Shown piece by piece: positions 24,619 to 36,341 of a stretch of 64,000 nt of DNA; within the stretch, counting starts at the first letter, position 1, and each line of letters starts with the position of its first letter. The DNA comes from Takakia lepidozioides (Eukaryota; Plantae; Bryophyta): the NCBI GenBank assembly GCA_030704615.1, contig CM060731.1, forward strand, positions 79,980,001 to 80,044,000. The letters run 5' to 3'. Below the pieces are notes generated by a model. That model was not told the origin of the DNA and made no database searches. It worked only from the letters and a program-made list of their open reading frames with translations. The position numbers and the translations under genes are program-made.

Positions 24619-24757
24619 GATGGCGGGGAGGTTTTTTTCAGGATTAAGACCACAGCCACACTTGGAAAGCTGATGCATGCATACTGCGACCGTCGGTCAC
24701 TTGATCGCCTTCCTTTTCGATGGCAGACGCCTTCGCGCTGAGCAGACCCCTGCCGAG
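24619..24757 (+). pseudogene. SUMO: Captured SUMO internal exon (frameshifted by a small deletion)
   Basis: tag|[47 protein letters not shown]|gt, flanked by AG and GT. Confidence 0.92.
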
Positions 24758-24934
24758 GTTATTCTCGCTCCTTTTTCTTCTGTGTTCTTCCAAAGCTGAC
24801 AGGATTCTCATTGAGCTGCTAAAAGTGGTATATGTGTAAGCTTATTATGTAGGGCAGTATTTGAAATGTCTGGTCTTGCCAAAAGTGGCTGTTAGGGCTG
24901 CTGTTTGGATTGGACCTGTGATGGGTATGTGATG

Positions 24935-25810
24935 GCAGATTACCTATGATTCCCTGTGGAAGGATAGGTACAAGAAACCTGCATGGGTAGATGGTCAACT
25001 GGAAGCCGCAGCAGCAGCGGCACAACAGATAACATAGATTAGGAGAAGCTCGTTGGTGGATCTATGGTGGTTTTGGAGTGATTTTGACATGTTACTGTAG
25101 GTAGGGTTAGGGCGTCAGTGTCAGCTGCTTCAGCTGCTAGCTGCAGCAAGGCAAGGATGTGTGCATGATTTGTGCAGAGGTCTGGATAGCTGAAGGAGCA
25201 GGGATAGAGTGTGGGTCCAGATTCATCCAAGAGGGCCGAATTTCAAGCTCCAGATTACCTATGATTCCCTGTGGAAGGATAGCTACAAAACCTGCATGGG
25301 TAGATGGTGAACTGGAAGCCACAGCACCAGCGGCTCAATTGATAAAATCAGGCACTGCTAATGAAGGTACCTTCTTCAACAGATTTCACCCTGTTTTTCC
25401 CTCTTATCAGAATTGGCCCTGTGTTGAATTCTGATACTTTTCTGACCCCAGGCAATGGCGGGACAATCGAGGCAAAAAGGTGAATGCTTGTTGGATTACA
25501 AAGAGTAGCAGATGCAATTGACCATAGGAACTAGTGTGATAAGTTGAGTTAGGTGTTTCCTAGAACAAATCTAGGCTGTCATTGTCAGGTGCTAGCAGCA
25601 AGGCAAGGATGCAGTATGCATGATTTGTGCAGAGGCATGGATAGCTGAAGGAGCAGGGATAGAGTGTGGGTCCAGGTTCATCCAAGAGGGCTGGACTTCA
25701 AGCTCCAGATTACCTATGATTCCATGTGGATCAATAGCTACAAGAAACCTGCATGGGTAGATGGTCAAGTAAAGGTAGCAGCTGCAGCGGCACAGTTGAT
25801 AAAATCAAGC
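24935..25810. repeat. Triplicated ~100-200 bp segments inside the Pack-CACTA
   Basis: cagattacctatgattcc..gtgga..tacaa..aacctgcatgggtagatggt at ~24935, ~25250, ~25706; upstream block duplicated at ~25140 and ~25595. Confidence 0.8.
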
Positions 25811-25869
25811 ACCTCAACCATGACCACAGCTTCTGAAAGAGGATCAAGAGAGGGAGTCCACAATGCCTC

Positions 25870-28470
25870 TTCTGCTGGGCATGTGAAGATGCTTTGTGAG
25901 GCAGGCAGACTGACAGAGGCTCTACAACTTTAAACTAACAAGGCATTTCAGCAGATTCAGATATGTCTTCTGTCTCTTGCTTAAGTGCATCAAGATGAAA
26001 GGTCTGGAAGCTGGAAACAGGTGCACACTCACATTATCCAAAGTGATTAACGCCAAATGTTTTTCTACTCAACACCCTTGTCAACATGTATGTTAAGTGT
26101 GGGAGCATCATGGATGCTCACCAGGTTTTCCACAGAATGCCTCGACCATCTTTGATCACGTGGAATATAATGTTGGCAGGATTTACCAAGCATGGGTGTG
26201 GTAGGAATGCTTTGGAGACCTATGAGCAAATGTTGCACATCACGTTCGTTTGTGTTTGCAATTCGTGTGCAAGCCTGGGAGCCCTGGAAAAGGGGAAAGA
26301 GGTCCATGATGACATCGTGAAAGCTGGAATTGTACCAGATGTCATTCTGAACACTGCCCTGGTCGACATGTATGCCAAATGTAAGTGCATTAAGGATGCA
26401 AAGGCAGTTTTCAACACTATGGCTGAACGAGATGTGGTGTCGTGGCACGCGATGCTTGCAGGGTATGCATAGCAGGGACGTGGGATGGTGGCTTGGAGAC
26501 CTATGATCAATGATGGGGGAAGGGGTGAAGCCCGACCACATCACGTTTGTGCGGTGTGCAAGCCTGGCAGCTCTGGAAAAGGGGAAAGAGGATGCGAAGG
26601 CGCTATGGCTGAACAAGATGGTGGTGTCGTGGCACGCAAGGGGGGATTGTGGCTTTGGAGACCTGTGATCAAATGATGTGGGAAGGGGTGAAGCCCAACC
26701 ACATCACGTTTGTGTGCATTTGCAATGCATGTGCAAAGAGGTGCATGGTTGCATCGCGAAAGCTGGAATTGTACCAGATGTCATTCTGAACAATACCCTC
26801 GTGGACATGTATGCCAATTGTGGGAGCATTGAGGATGCCGAGGGGTGTCAACAATATGGCTGAACAAGATGTGGTGTCATGGAACGCCATGCTTGCAGGA
26901 TATGCACAGCAGGGGCGCGGGATGGAGGCTGTGGAGACCTACGAGCAAATGATGGAGGAAGGGGTGAAGCCCAACCACATAAAGTTTCTGTGCGTCTGCA
27001 GTGCGTGTGCAAGCCTGGCAGCCCTGGAAAAGGGCAAAGAGGTCCATGGTCGCATCGTCACAGCTGAAAATGTACCAGATGTGATTCTGAACAATAATCT
27101 GTGGACATGTATGCCAAATGTGGAGGGAGTGTTCAACAATATGGCTGAACGAAATTGGTGTCATGGAACGCCATGCTTGCAGGATATGCACAGCGGGGCA
27201 CGGGATGGAGGCCTTGGAGACCTATGAGCAAATGATGGGGGAAGGGGTGAAGCGCAACAACATCACGTTTGTGTGCGTTTGCAATGCTTGTGCAAGCCTG
27301 ACAGCCCTGGAAAAGGGCAAAGAGGTCCATGGTTGCATCGTCAAAGCTGGAATTGTACCAGATGTGATTCTGAACAACACCCTCGGGGACATACATGTCA
27401 AATGTGGGCATTGAGGACGTGAAGGGAGTGTTCAACAATATGGCTGAACGAGATTTGGTGTCATGGAACGCCATGCTTGCAGGGTATGCACTACAGGGGG
27501 GGGGATGGAGGCCTTGGAGACCTATGAGCAAATGATGGTGGAAGGGGTGAAGCGCAACCACATCGCGTTTGTGTGCGTTTGCAGTGCGTGTGCAAGCCTG
27601 GCAGCCCTGGAAAAGGGCAAAGAGGTGCATGGTTGCATCGCCAAAGCTAGAATTGTACCAGATGTGATTATGAACAATACCCTCGTGGACATGTATGCCA
27701 AATGTGGGTGCATTGAGGATGCGTAGGGAGTGTTCGACAATATGGCTGAACGAAATGTGGTGTCGTGGAACGCGATGATCGCAGGATATGCCCAGCATGG
27801 TCATAGGGAGGTCCTGCAACTATTTGAAGGAAATGCAAAAGAATGGCTTGAAGCCGGACAGTCTCACCTTTATATGTGTTCTCTCTGCATGCAGCCACAC
27901 TGGCCTACTGAATGAAGGAAATCAAGATCATGGTGTCACTCCGACAGTAAAGCACTTTGGCTGTATGGTGGACCTTCTTGGACGTGCGGACAACTGGATG
28001 AGGCAGTGGATGATTAATAAGATGCCAATCAATCCAGATCTTGTGGTGTGGAAGGCCGTGCTTGGTGCCTGCAGAATCCATGGCAATGTGGAGATGGCTG
28101 AACGTGCGGCAACATCTATCCTCAAATGGGATGAACAGGATGCCGTGACTTATGTGTTGGTATCAAACATGTATGCTGCAGCTGAGGTGGGATGATACTG
28201 CAAAGGTGAGAATGATGAAGGTCAGAGGGGTTAGAAAGCAGCCAGGTCGCTGCTGCATTGGGGTTGGCAACAGGGTGCACACCTGCTGTAGATGACAAGT
28301 TGCATCCCAATTAAGGAAATCCATGCTGAGCTGAGAAGATTGTCTGGGCAGATGAAAGGAGGCGGGGTATGTGTCTGATACGCGCTTTGTATTGCATGAT
28401 GTGGGGGAGGAAAAGGAATTTTCTCTTTGCCACCACAGTGAGAGGCTGGCCATTGGTTTTGGGCTGATCA
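25870..28470 (+). pseudogene. PLS-class PPR gene with E and truncated DYW domain, heavily frameshifted
   Basis: Repeated P/L/S motifs (DVVSWNAMLAGYAQQG; [27 protein letters not shown]; PDVILNNTLVDMYAKCG); L2/S2/E ([50 protein letters not shown]); DYW start [27 protein letters not shown], then broken. Confidence 0.92.
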
Positions 28471-29790
28471 GGTTTGTGTGCGGTTGCAGTGCGTGTGCAA
28501 GCCTGGCAGCCCTGGAAAAGGGCAAAGAGGCCCATGGCAACATTGTCAGAGCTGATGTGGTGTCGTAGAACTCGATGCTTGCAGGGTATGCACAGCAGGG
28601 GCACTGGATGGAGGCTTTGGCTCCAGATGTTGTGCTTGACACACTATGTAAACCCACTATGTAAGACCAGGGAGTATTTGAGCAGCTCAGTCTCAACCCT
28701 TTCCTAGTGCCAACAAATGATGTGGATTCACGCCAAAAAGGTCTGGAAGCTGGAAAGCAGGTACACACTCACAAGCATCGCAGGGTATGCAGAGCAGGGC
28801 GTGGGATGGTGGATTTGGAGACCTATGATCAAATGATGGGGGAAGGGGTGAAGCCCCAACCACATCACGTTTTTGTGTGATTGCAATGCTTATGCAAGCC
28901 TGGCAGCCCTGGAAAAGGTCAAAGAGGTCTATGTTGACATTGTCAAAGCTGGAATTGTACCAGATGTCATTCTGAACTCTGCCCTGGTGGACATGTATGC
29001 CCAATGTGGGTGCATTGAGGATGCAAAGCAAGGAACTTATGTGTACTCTGTTTATATATTGGGTTGGCAGGGAGGCTTTGGAGATTTTGAATGGGTGATG
29101 CTTGCAGGGTATGCACAGCAGGGACATGGTATGGAGGCTTTGGAGATGGGGGAAGGGGTGAAGCCCAACCACATCACGTTGCAGCATACTGGTACTTCAC
29201 AGCCATGGCGGCTCTCTCAGCCCCTCCATTTTTTTTTCTTTTGGTTTTTTTGGCGCTGGGAGAGAGCAGCAGCTCTGCTGTCTCCTTCCCCTTGCTTATG
29301 CCGATCGTTAAAGGGGAAATTGTCATTCTGAACTCTGCCTTGGTGGACATGTATGCCAAATATGGGTGCAGCAAGCCTGATGTGAAGGGAGAGTTTGACA
29401 ATATGGCTGAACGAGTTGTGGTATTTTGGAGTGCCATGATTGCAAGGTATGTGCAGCATGGGTATGGGATTAAGGCTTTGGAAACATAAGAGCAAATGAT
29501 GTGGGAAGGGATGAAGCCAGACCAGGCCGTCATGTTCATTTGTTTTTGTAATATGCATATGCGAGCCTAGCAGCCCTGGGAAGAGGCAAAGAGGTTTATG
29601 GTGACATTATCCAAGCTGGAATTGTACCAGATGTCATTCTGAACATTCCCCTGGTGTACATCTACGTCAAATGTGAGCCTGGCAGCCATCAAAAGGGCAC
29701 AAAGGTCCATGATGACATCGTCAAAGCTGGAGTTGTCACTCTAAACACTGCCTTGGTGGATATGTATTTCAAGGCAACCCTGGAAGTGGA
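28470..29790 (+). pseudogene. Additional scrambled PPR motif fragments
   Basis: Further [12 protein letters not shown] / KAGIVPDVILNSALVDMYA / MLAGYAQQG pieces interleaved with unrelated sequence. Confidence 0.8.
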
Positions 29791-30793
29791 TGTCACTTTG
29801 GGTGACAAGGTAGCTGGCACCACCATTCTCTGGAACTACCTGAATTCATTCTCAAAATGATTTATAATGTTCTCTTGACATGTCCACGATAGTGCTGGAC
29901 CTAGTTGCACAGCAGATTATCCTTACTCAATGACTTCAGTTGGGCAGTGATCTATGGATATGGCAACATGGCCCTCATGTTGGTCATTTGTAGAATGTGG
30001 CCAAAACTTGTTTTGCAAATCACTCTTGATATAAAACCAGTTTTGAGCCATCCAAATGTTTTTGGTTCCGACCTGTATTTGTATTCTATGTTTTGTTGTA
30101 TTTAATATATTTTCAATGCAGTGCAGCGAATCAAAAAATTTAAATACAATATCCACTAATTCACATACGTACAGATATAAACCAAAAGTAAATGAAAAAA
30201 ACGAAATAACAAAAAAAACAAAAAAAAAAACCAAATATTAAATAAAAAGCCTCCCAATTCATATATATTATATTATATTTATATGTATATATGTATATAC
30301 ACCTCCAGAGTGAAACATATTTACTAAAATGTGTCCTCTTTTACTGCTTCACAGTAGAATATTACAATATACAAAGTCAAGCAAACTCACTATCACTGAT
30401 TTACAGTCAAACCGTATACTAAACATCATGGAACATAGTCAATATGTTCCACTTCAGTTAAACCACTTTATTAAACGTCATCCATCCACGTCACTCTGCC
30501 CTTAAGCCACTCACTATACGTCATGCATCCACCTTATAATTCAGTTAAACCACTTTACTACACGTCATAGCCACGTCGCATCCACGTCATATTGTGCTGC
30601 CTACACGTCACCCCTAGGTTTTACTGTCACATTTCACTGTCAGAACCTGGTATCTGGATTCGACTGCTTGACTGAAACGACTTGACATTTGTCACGCATG
30701 TTCGACTATGGAGGCTGGGAGTAAAAATGTCGCAAATGACTAAAAAATGAGTCAAATACAAAGTCGAAAAGTCCAGCTTGTATTGTAGTGAGG

Positions 30794-31521
30794 ACTAGTG
30801 GCTAGCACTAGTGACTAGCAACCTAGTGATGGACTAATGGCTGCACTAGTGGCAGACTAGTGGTTGGACTAGTGGCTGCACTAGTGGTGGCTAGTGGCAG
30901 CCTAGTGATGGACTAGTGGTTGCACTAGTGGTGACTAGTGGTTGTCTAGTGACAGCCTAGTGGTGCACTAGTGGTGCACTAGTGATAGACTAGTATTTGG
31001 TGTGCACATGTGTTGTGTGATTCTGGACAGCGATGTAGTTGTGTAGCGATATGTATGTGCACAACAGCTATCAAGTTATTTTACCACTAATGTGAAGTTA
31101 GTTAAGAAATAACTAGTTTTTATATATTGACATTTGGGATTGACCCAAGTGTCAATCCAGGGACCAATACATGTTTGGGCACCTGACGTTGTTATCTTCA
31201 CGGCAGATCGCGGTGGGTTCATCTTTCTCGAGTTGAGCCTCACCGCCTCTAGCTATGGCAGCTTGTCGTGCGCATACATATCGCTACACTCCAGAATCAC
31301 ACAACACATGTGCACACCAAACACTAGTCTATCACTAGTCCACCACTAGTGCACCACTAGTGCACCACTAGGCTGCCACTAGACAACCACTAGTCACCAC
31401 TAGTGCAATCACTAGTCCATCACTAGGCTGTCCATCATTAGGCTGCCACTAGCCACAACTAGTGCAGCCACTAGTCCAACCACTAGTCTTCCACAGTGCA
31501 GCCACTAGTCCACCACTAGTC
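30794..31521. repeat. Long inverted repeat (arms 30794-31069 and 31260-31521) of ACTAGTGG-rich sequence around a ~190-bp LTR segment
   Basis: Right arm reverse complement ...actagtgatagactagtgtttggtgtgcacatgtgttgtgtgattctgga..gtgtagcgatatgtatg aligns with the left arm; third partial copy at 31620-31706. Confidence 0.9.
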
Positions 31522-31617
31522 TGCACTTGGCTCGACTTAATATATGAGTGATGTTTTCATGTGCAAGTGTGTGAGTTTGAGAAAGGTTGTATGCTTGTAT
31601 TATTTATTTCCTTATCA
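31069..31617 (+). repeat. 3' LTR, split by a ~260-bp inverted insertion
   Basis: 31071-31259 matches 8621-8809; 31522-31617 matches ~8825-8919, ending ccttatCA. Confidence 0.72.
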
Positions 31618-31734
31618 TTGTGATGGACTAGTGGCTGCACTAATGGTGGCTAGTGGCAGCCTAGTGATTGGACTAGTGGCTGCACTAGTGGTGGCTAGTG
31701 GTGTCACTTAAAAAATAATGGAAAAAAAATAATG

Positions 31735-32753
31735 GGGCCTTGACATGGGAGATGTACTTAGATACATAAGAGATTATAGTTGCTTAGATGACATTGGGAC
31801 ACTTGGGCCTCTACGTGGAAAATGTACTTGGATACATGAATAGGAGAGTGTACTTGGGCTTAGATGGGCCTCGACATAAGAAACGCATTGGGAAATTGCA
31901 CTTGGTCTTAGATTTAAGTTCTTCACACATGGGCCAAAGGTATAGGTTGCCCTAGAGGTCGCACTTGGGTCTCGACATATGAGACGTACTAGGATACATA
32001 GAAGATCTTACACTTGGGGTTAGATAACACTAGACACTTGGGCCAATGGCACAGGCTACCCTAGAGGTTGCATTTGGGCCTCAACATAGGAGACACACTT
32101 GGATACATAGGGGATTGTGCACTTGGACTTAGATGACGCTGGAGACTTGGTCCAACGGCAGATGCTAGTTTTGTTTTGTTTTGTATCGTTGAGATGTCCC
32201 AAACCGCGGGCCCAGCCTTGGTGTTTGGTACCATTGGAAAGCCCTCAATGAAGAGGGGTGCACCGGCTTGGTCTCATGATTTTTGGACATGTGGTGTTGG
32301 AGATATGGAATTTCAAATACTTTTGGTCGTTGAAATTTGCGAAAAATAGCAAAGTGGGCATTCTTAGGACATGATTGGAGCCTCGACATGAGATATATCT
32401 ATAATGGTTTGGATATATTACTACTCAATAAATTCCGGATTTTTTTTTTTTTGTTTTTTTCAATATATGATTGTATATAGAGAAATATTAATATAAACTT
32501 CTAACTCTTTCACCAAATTCCAATCTCTATATCTCATTACATTGTTGCTCATTTTGTTCATGTTTACAATATTCTTTAAACATTAGTTCATTCATGTACC
32601 ACATATTCTTTGTAACTATACATCCAACTTCATTTTAGTATATCGATTTCAATTCTTCACACATGGGCCTCGACATAGGAGACTCATTGGATACATAGGG
32701 GATTGCACTTAGATGACACTGGAAACTTGGGCCAACGACACAAGCTACCCTAG
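31735..32753 (+). mobile_element. Helitron remnant(s) of the 7531-8050 family with several 3' termini
   Basis: 32168-32392 is the reverse-complement homolog of ~7800-8030; hairpin+CTAG motifs at ~31955, ~32064, ~32168 and 32750-32753 (CTAG|T). Confidence 0.7.
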
Positions 32754-33236
32754 TACCGTCTATTGAATGCGTATCCAAATCCATAATTTCAATATTCAAA
32801 ATTTACTATCATAGAGAAGGGTTGAGCCAACTAACAAACACGATCTCAAAACTACTAAATAAATTATATATATGTATATAGGTGTATGCACCCCCAAACT
32901 GTGTAAAAAATAATGTCAATGAAAGAGGAGTTGACATGTAGAAGCTATCCGAATACATGTGGTGATTGCATGTGGGCCCCACATAATGAGTGCATGGTGT
33001 AGCTTAAGATTGTAGTGACGTGCTCTAGGTGGTTCTTATAGATTATGTGTAAAGACGGAAGAGTTGGTTGGCGGCATAGTTGGCGCTAGACTCTAGTGGC
33101 ATTAAAGAGATGGGCTATATAGAAGAGAGAGGTTGAGGGATGCAATGAAGAGAGAGGGTTGCAACAACATGTAAGGATGACAAAGTAAAGGGAGGGTGAC
33201 TGGGCTCTATATGTATGTTTTCATGCGCCAATACCT

Positions 33237-33500
33237 GTAAGAGGGGGCCTCCAACAAAGAGAGACTAAGGACCACTTTCTATGTAGACTCGTTTTCCGTG
33301 CTGCTGATATGACGTAGAAGGAGCATGGATCTACACAGGTATTTTCATGTGCATGCACACCCATGCAATAGTAACAGTAAGAGGGGGCCTCCAGCAAAGA
33401 GAGAGACTAAGGGCCACTTTCCATGTAGACTCGTTTCATGTAGAAAGAGCATAGGTCGTCTGCACAAGTACTTTTATATGCATGCACTCCCGTGCAATAA
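33237..33500. repeat. Tandem duplication, ~140-bp period
   Basis: gtaagagggggcctcca(a/g)caaa..gagactaagg(a/g)ccacttt..atgtagactcgttt at ~33237 and ~33377. Confidence 0.75.
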
Positions 33501-33642
33501 TAACCGGGTCTCGTGCAGCACAACCCTTACCTCAATGTAGGACGTTGGCTGGCCGGTCCCGTTCTCTCATTATATTGACTTGCCCTAGGAGGTCAATGAC
33601 ATCAATTCCACTTACTGAAGAGGTCACCCATTTCTCATTTAA

Positions 33643-36341
33643 CCCTTAAATGCCCGCGACCCTTTTTTGGCCTTCCTGGAAAAAGTGACCCCCTGGCCGG
33701 AAAAGGGCCGTAATTTGCTCATTTTTTACCTTTTTGAAAAACTGACCGGACAATCTGTTGCTACCTACCCGCTGTCCAGCCTGTCCCATTTGTGGGTCAA
33801 TTGGTGCAGATCTGAGAATTCCTCACCATTGAATGTGGGCCCCGATTTTTGGACATGTGAGAAAAAAAAAGTCATTTTTGATATTTTACAATTTTGGACA
33901 ACGGTTTCATAGCAGAATTGTCTGTGATAGGGACATTCTCATCTACACGACCTTCTGCATCGAATAAAAGACTAATTAGGCCAATTTGGCTAAGCACAAC
34001 GTCCACAGTACCTGCTCAAAGAAGGGGGGGCTGAAATTCTCACATGTGAACTTTTCACACAGGGGATTGTAAAGAGCTGGAATCTGATTCTCATAAACTT
34101 GTGCATCCCCACAATTCAGAAATGGCCGCAAGCAGCCTTGCATGGGTGGGATTTGAACCCATCAAACTGCCCCTTTGGTAGCCCACACATACACATGGAG
34201 GGAGAAGCTCCCCCCATGAGTGCACCCCTGCTTGGAGAGGAGACTAATTCTAAGTCGTCCCGTCATCGGGCCCCGCCAAGCTGCTCATGGCGTGGAGTTT
34301 GGCGTGGATTTGCGTCTCGGTATAGGAGACCGGCGGAAGAACGTCCACCGGGGTCACGCTAAATCCAACGCTAAGTTGGGCTGGCCAGTCTGTGGATGCC
34401 ATGTGGTGGCTCTAGGTTGCGCCACACTTGCTATTCCTATCCTCACTTGATTCATCGCGTCTGCTGCTGCTTGTGTGTGTACAAAATCGGTGAAATTATC
34501 TGTATACATTAAAACCAGATTTGAAATTGAAAGCAAGAGCGCGCATTCTTCGATACATTTGCGAGACGTGCACGCACCAGACTTGCTCCCGAGTGCTTGG
34601 GCATGCACATGCACGCTTGGCGGAGATTTGGCAAGGTATGCCAAATATGTAAAATATGGTGTACCCCTGACCTTGGCGTAGGTCCCTCCTGCTAAAAATA
34701 TAGCGTTGGCAAGATACGGTGGGTCACGATCCGGGAAACGGCCTGGCAAAATGGCGTTGGAAATGGCATAGCGTACCTGTGTTGGGGGTGTTCTAAAGAC
34801 AACACCGCGTGGATACTAAGAATTATCTAACCATTCAGAACCTAGGTATTGAACACTAATCATAGGCTCTTTCCAATAAAGCACATTGTAGGTCGTAGTA
34901 GCTCCTCCAACGGCGCAAAATTGGAGTTGCACCTGAACACATAGTTCTGCTGTAACACAAATTAGATCACATTCACCACAATGCAATGGGTCCATGGTCA
35001 GCTGTCATGTGCATTGGCCTTCAAGCCATCTACTATGTTAGCATTGGCTCTCCATAAACGATAGCAGGGGCTAGCACGCCTGAGGAACATGAACACCATA
35101 TCCATATTGCCACCAACACTGGTTCATAACAGTAAGTGCACATGTCCTCTGCACCTCCATGACTTCAAAGCGGTGACAGGAAACACGTACCAGCACTAGG
35201 TAGCCTCTTATTGTTGCTCGTAACTACTATCGACTACTTGTAATGCACAAGCGATCCCGCAACACCACGGCTCTCTGCACAACAAACGTCAACCTATACA
35301 TAATACACACACAGGAAACCAAACGCGCGAAGCCAGAAGAACATAAGCAAACTGCGGGAAAACTAAGTGCACAGCAACGCAAGTGGCCGCCACCGACCCC
35401 TTCTGGATGAATGTAGGAATGACTGGACCAAAACGACAGATGTTGCATTCTATGGATAACGGAAGTCCATGACCAAGTTTAAAGTTGACGATATTTCCCC
35501 AAATAATTCAAATGATGATAGACAATGGTATATTCACCATTTTTAGTAAAGGGTCTTACCCCAAACATCAAAGATAATTTTTACTATAAATTTTAGTCTT
35601 TAATTTGAATAAGATTTGATATATCAAAAATTAGAATTTACATTGTCTATATACAACCAAGCCATTGTAGATTATTTTTTTGTATCCTTTGTAGAAAAAT
35701 ATGACACTCAAAATCAAAATTAGAGTACAGCATGGACTTGACAAAATAAACCACATTTTTGGGACATACATTAGTCCATATGAGCCAAATGGAGAGGGAT
35801 TTTGCCACCTCAAATCCATATCTATGATGTGGACCAAAATGGCCACCTTATGTCCAAATTTCAAGGGAATTGACCAATGGCACATATGACTTCTTGAATC
35901 CATTGTAATTCCATTCATTATGGAAACAAGTCCACTATATGGTCTTCAAAAGTCCATAACTTTGTCATTTTTTATCGGATTCATGATTGGAGAGTTGCTA
36001 TTGGGTGGTATTGAAGCTAGGAATCCAATGACATATATATATTTACTGGTTTTAATGAGTTAAATCAAAAAAATTGATGACCATCAATTGCAGTCATCTA
36101 AGCCGGTAACGTCCATTTTGGTTTAGTCATTCCTACATTCACCCTTCTCACTCAAACTGAGATTTCTCACCCTAAATCTGGAATTAGGATAATCGGTCCC
36201 GGATCTAGGCCCTACATTTGGAGCCCGTCTCCAGGGTATTTAAAAATTAAAAAAATTAAAAAAATCAAGTAAAATCTGCAATTTGGACAGCCGTCGATGT
36301 GACGGTGAAAGCCCAAAATGGGCCCATAGGGCATTTAAGGG
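33643..36341. mobile_element. piggyBac-like non-autonomous TIR element (2.7 kb)
   Basis: Perfect 13-bp TIR CCCTTAAATGCCC / GGGCATTTAAGGG; flanked by TTAA (33639-33642) and ATAA (36342-36345); no transposase seen. Confidence 0.7.
35405..36144. mobile_element. Nested 740-bp TIR element with 4-bp TSD (Sola2-like by end structure)
   Basis: TIR GG(A/G)TGAATGTAGGAATGACT..ACCAAAA; TSD TTCT (35401-35404, 36145-36148). Confidence 0.8.

Larger units (their letters stand above)
23392..30790. mobile_element. Pack-CACTA element (~7.4 kb) carrying host gene fragments, no transposase
   Basis: Termini CACTACAACACA vs reverse complement CACTACAATACA; shared subterminal TTTCGAC/TTTGAC motifs; perfect TSD AGG (23389-23391, 30791-30793). 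Confidence 0.9.
14373..31617 (+). mobile_element. Ty3/gypsy copy 2: gag-PR-DNMT-RT-RNaseH-IN-PHD, degenerate, interrupted by CACTA insertion 23392-30790, ending in 3' LTR
   Basis: Domain order PR-RT-RH-IN (gypsy); CCHC 18121-18162; protease VLLDSGA (D at 19099); RT YIDD 21741-21752; RNase H HTDWS ~22180; integrase TDQ...AER; multiple stops and frameshifts. Confidence 0.92.

Noticed and set aside
28240-28470. Functional DYW deaminase
   Set aside because: Has HSE but lacks the CxxC and terminal DYW part; upstream stops and frameshifts
8614-31622. Target-site duplication for the gypsy element
   Set aside because: Flanks GAGCT and TTGTG do not match; the 3' flank is more element-derived repeat, so outer boundaries remain uncertain
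34140-34170. tRNA gene (reversed B-box-like GGGTTCAAATCCC; similar at ~7405 and ~8150)
   Set aside because: No cloverleaf or A box could be built by eye
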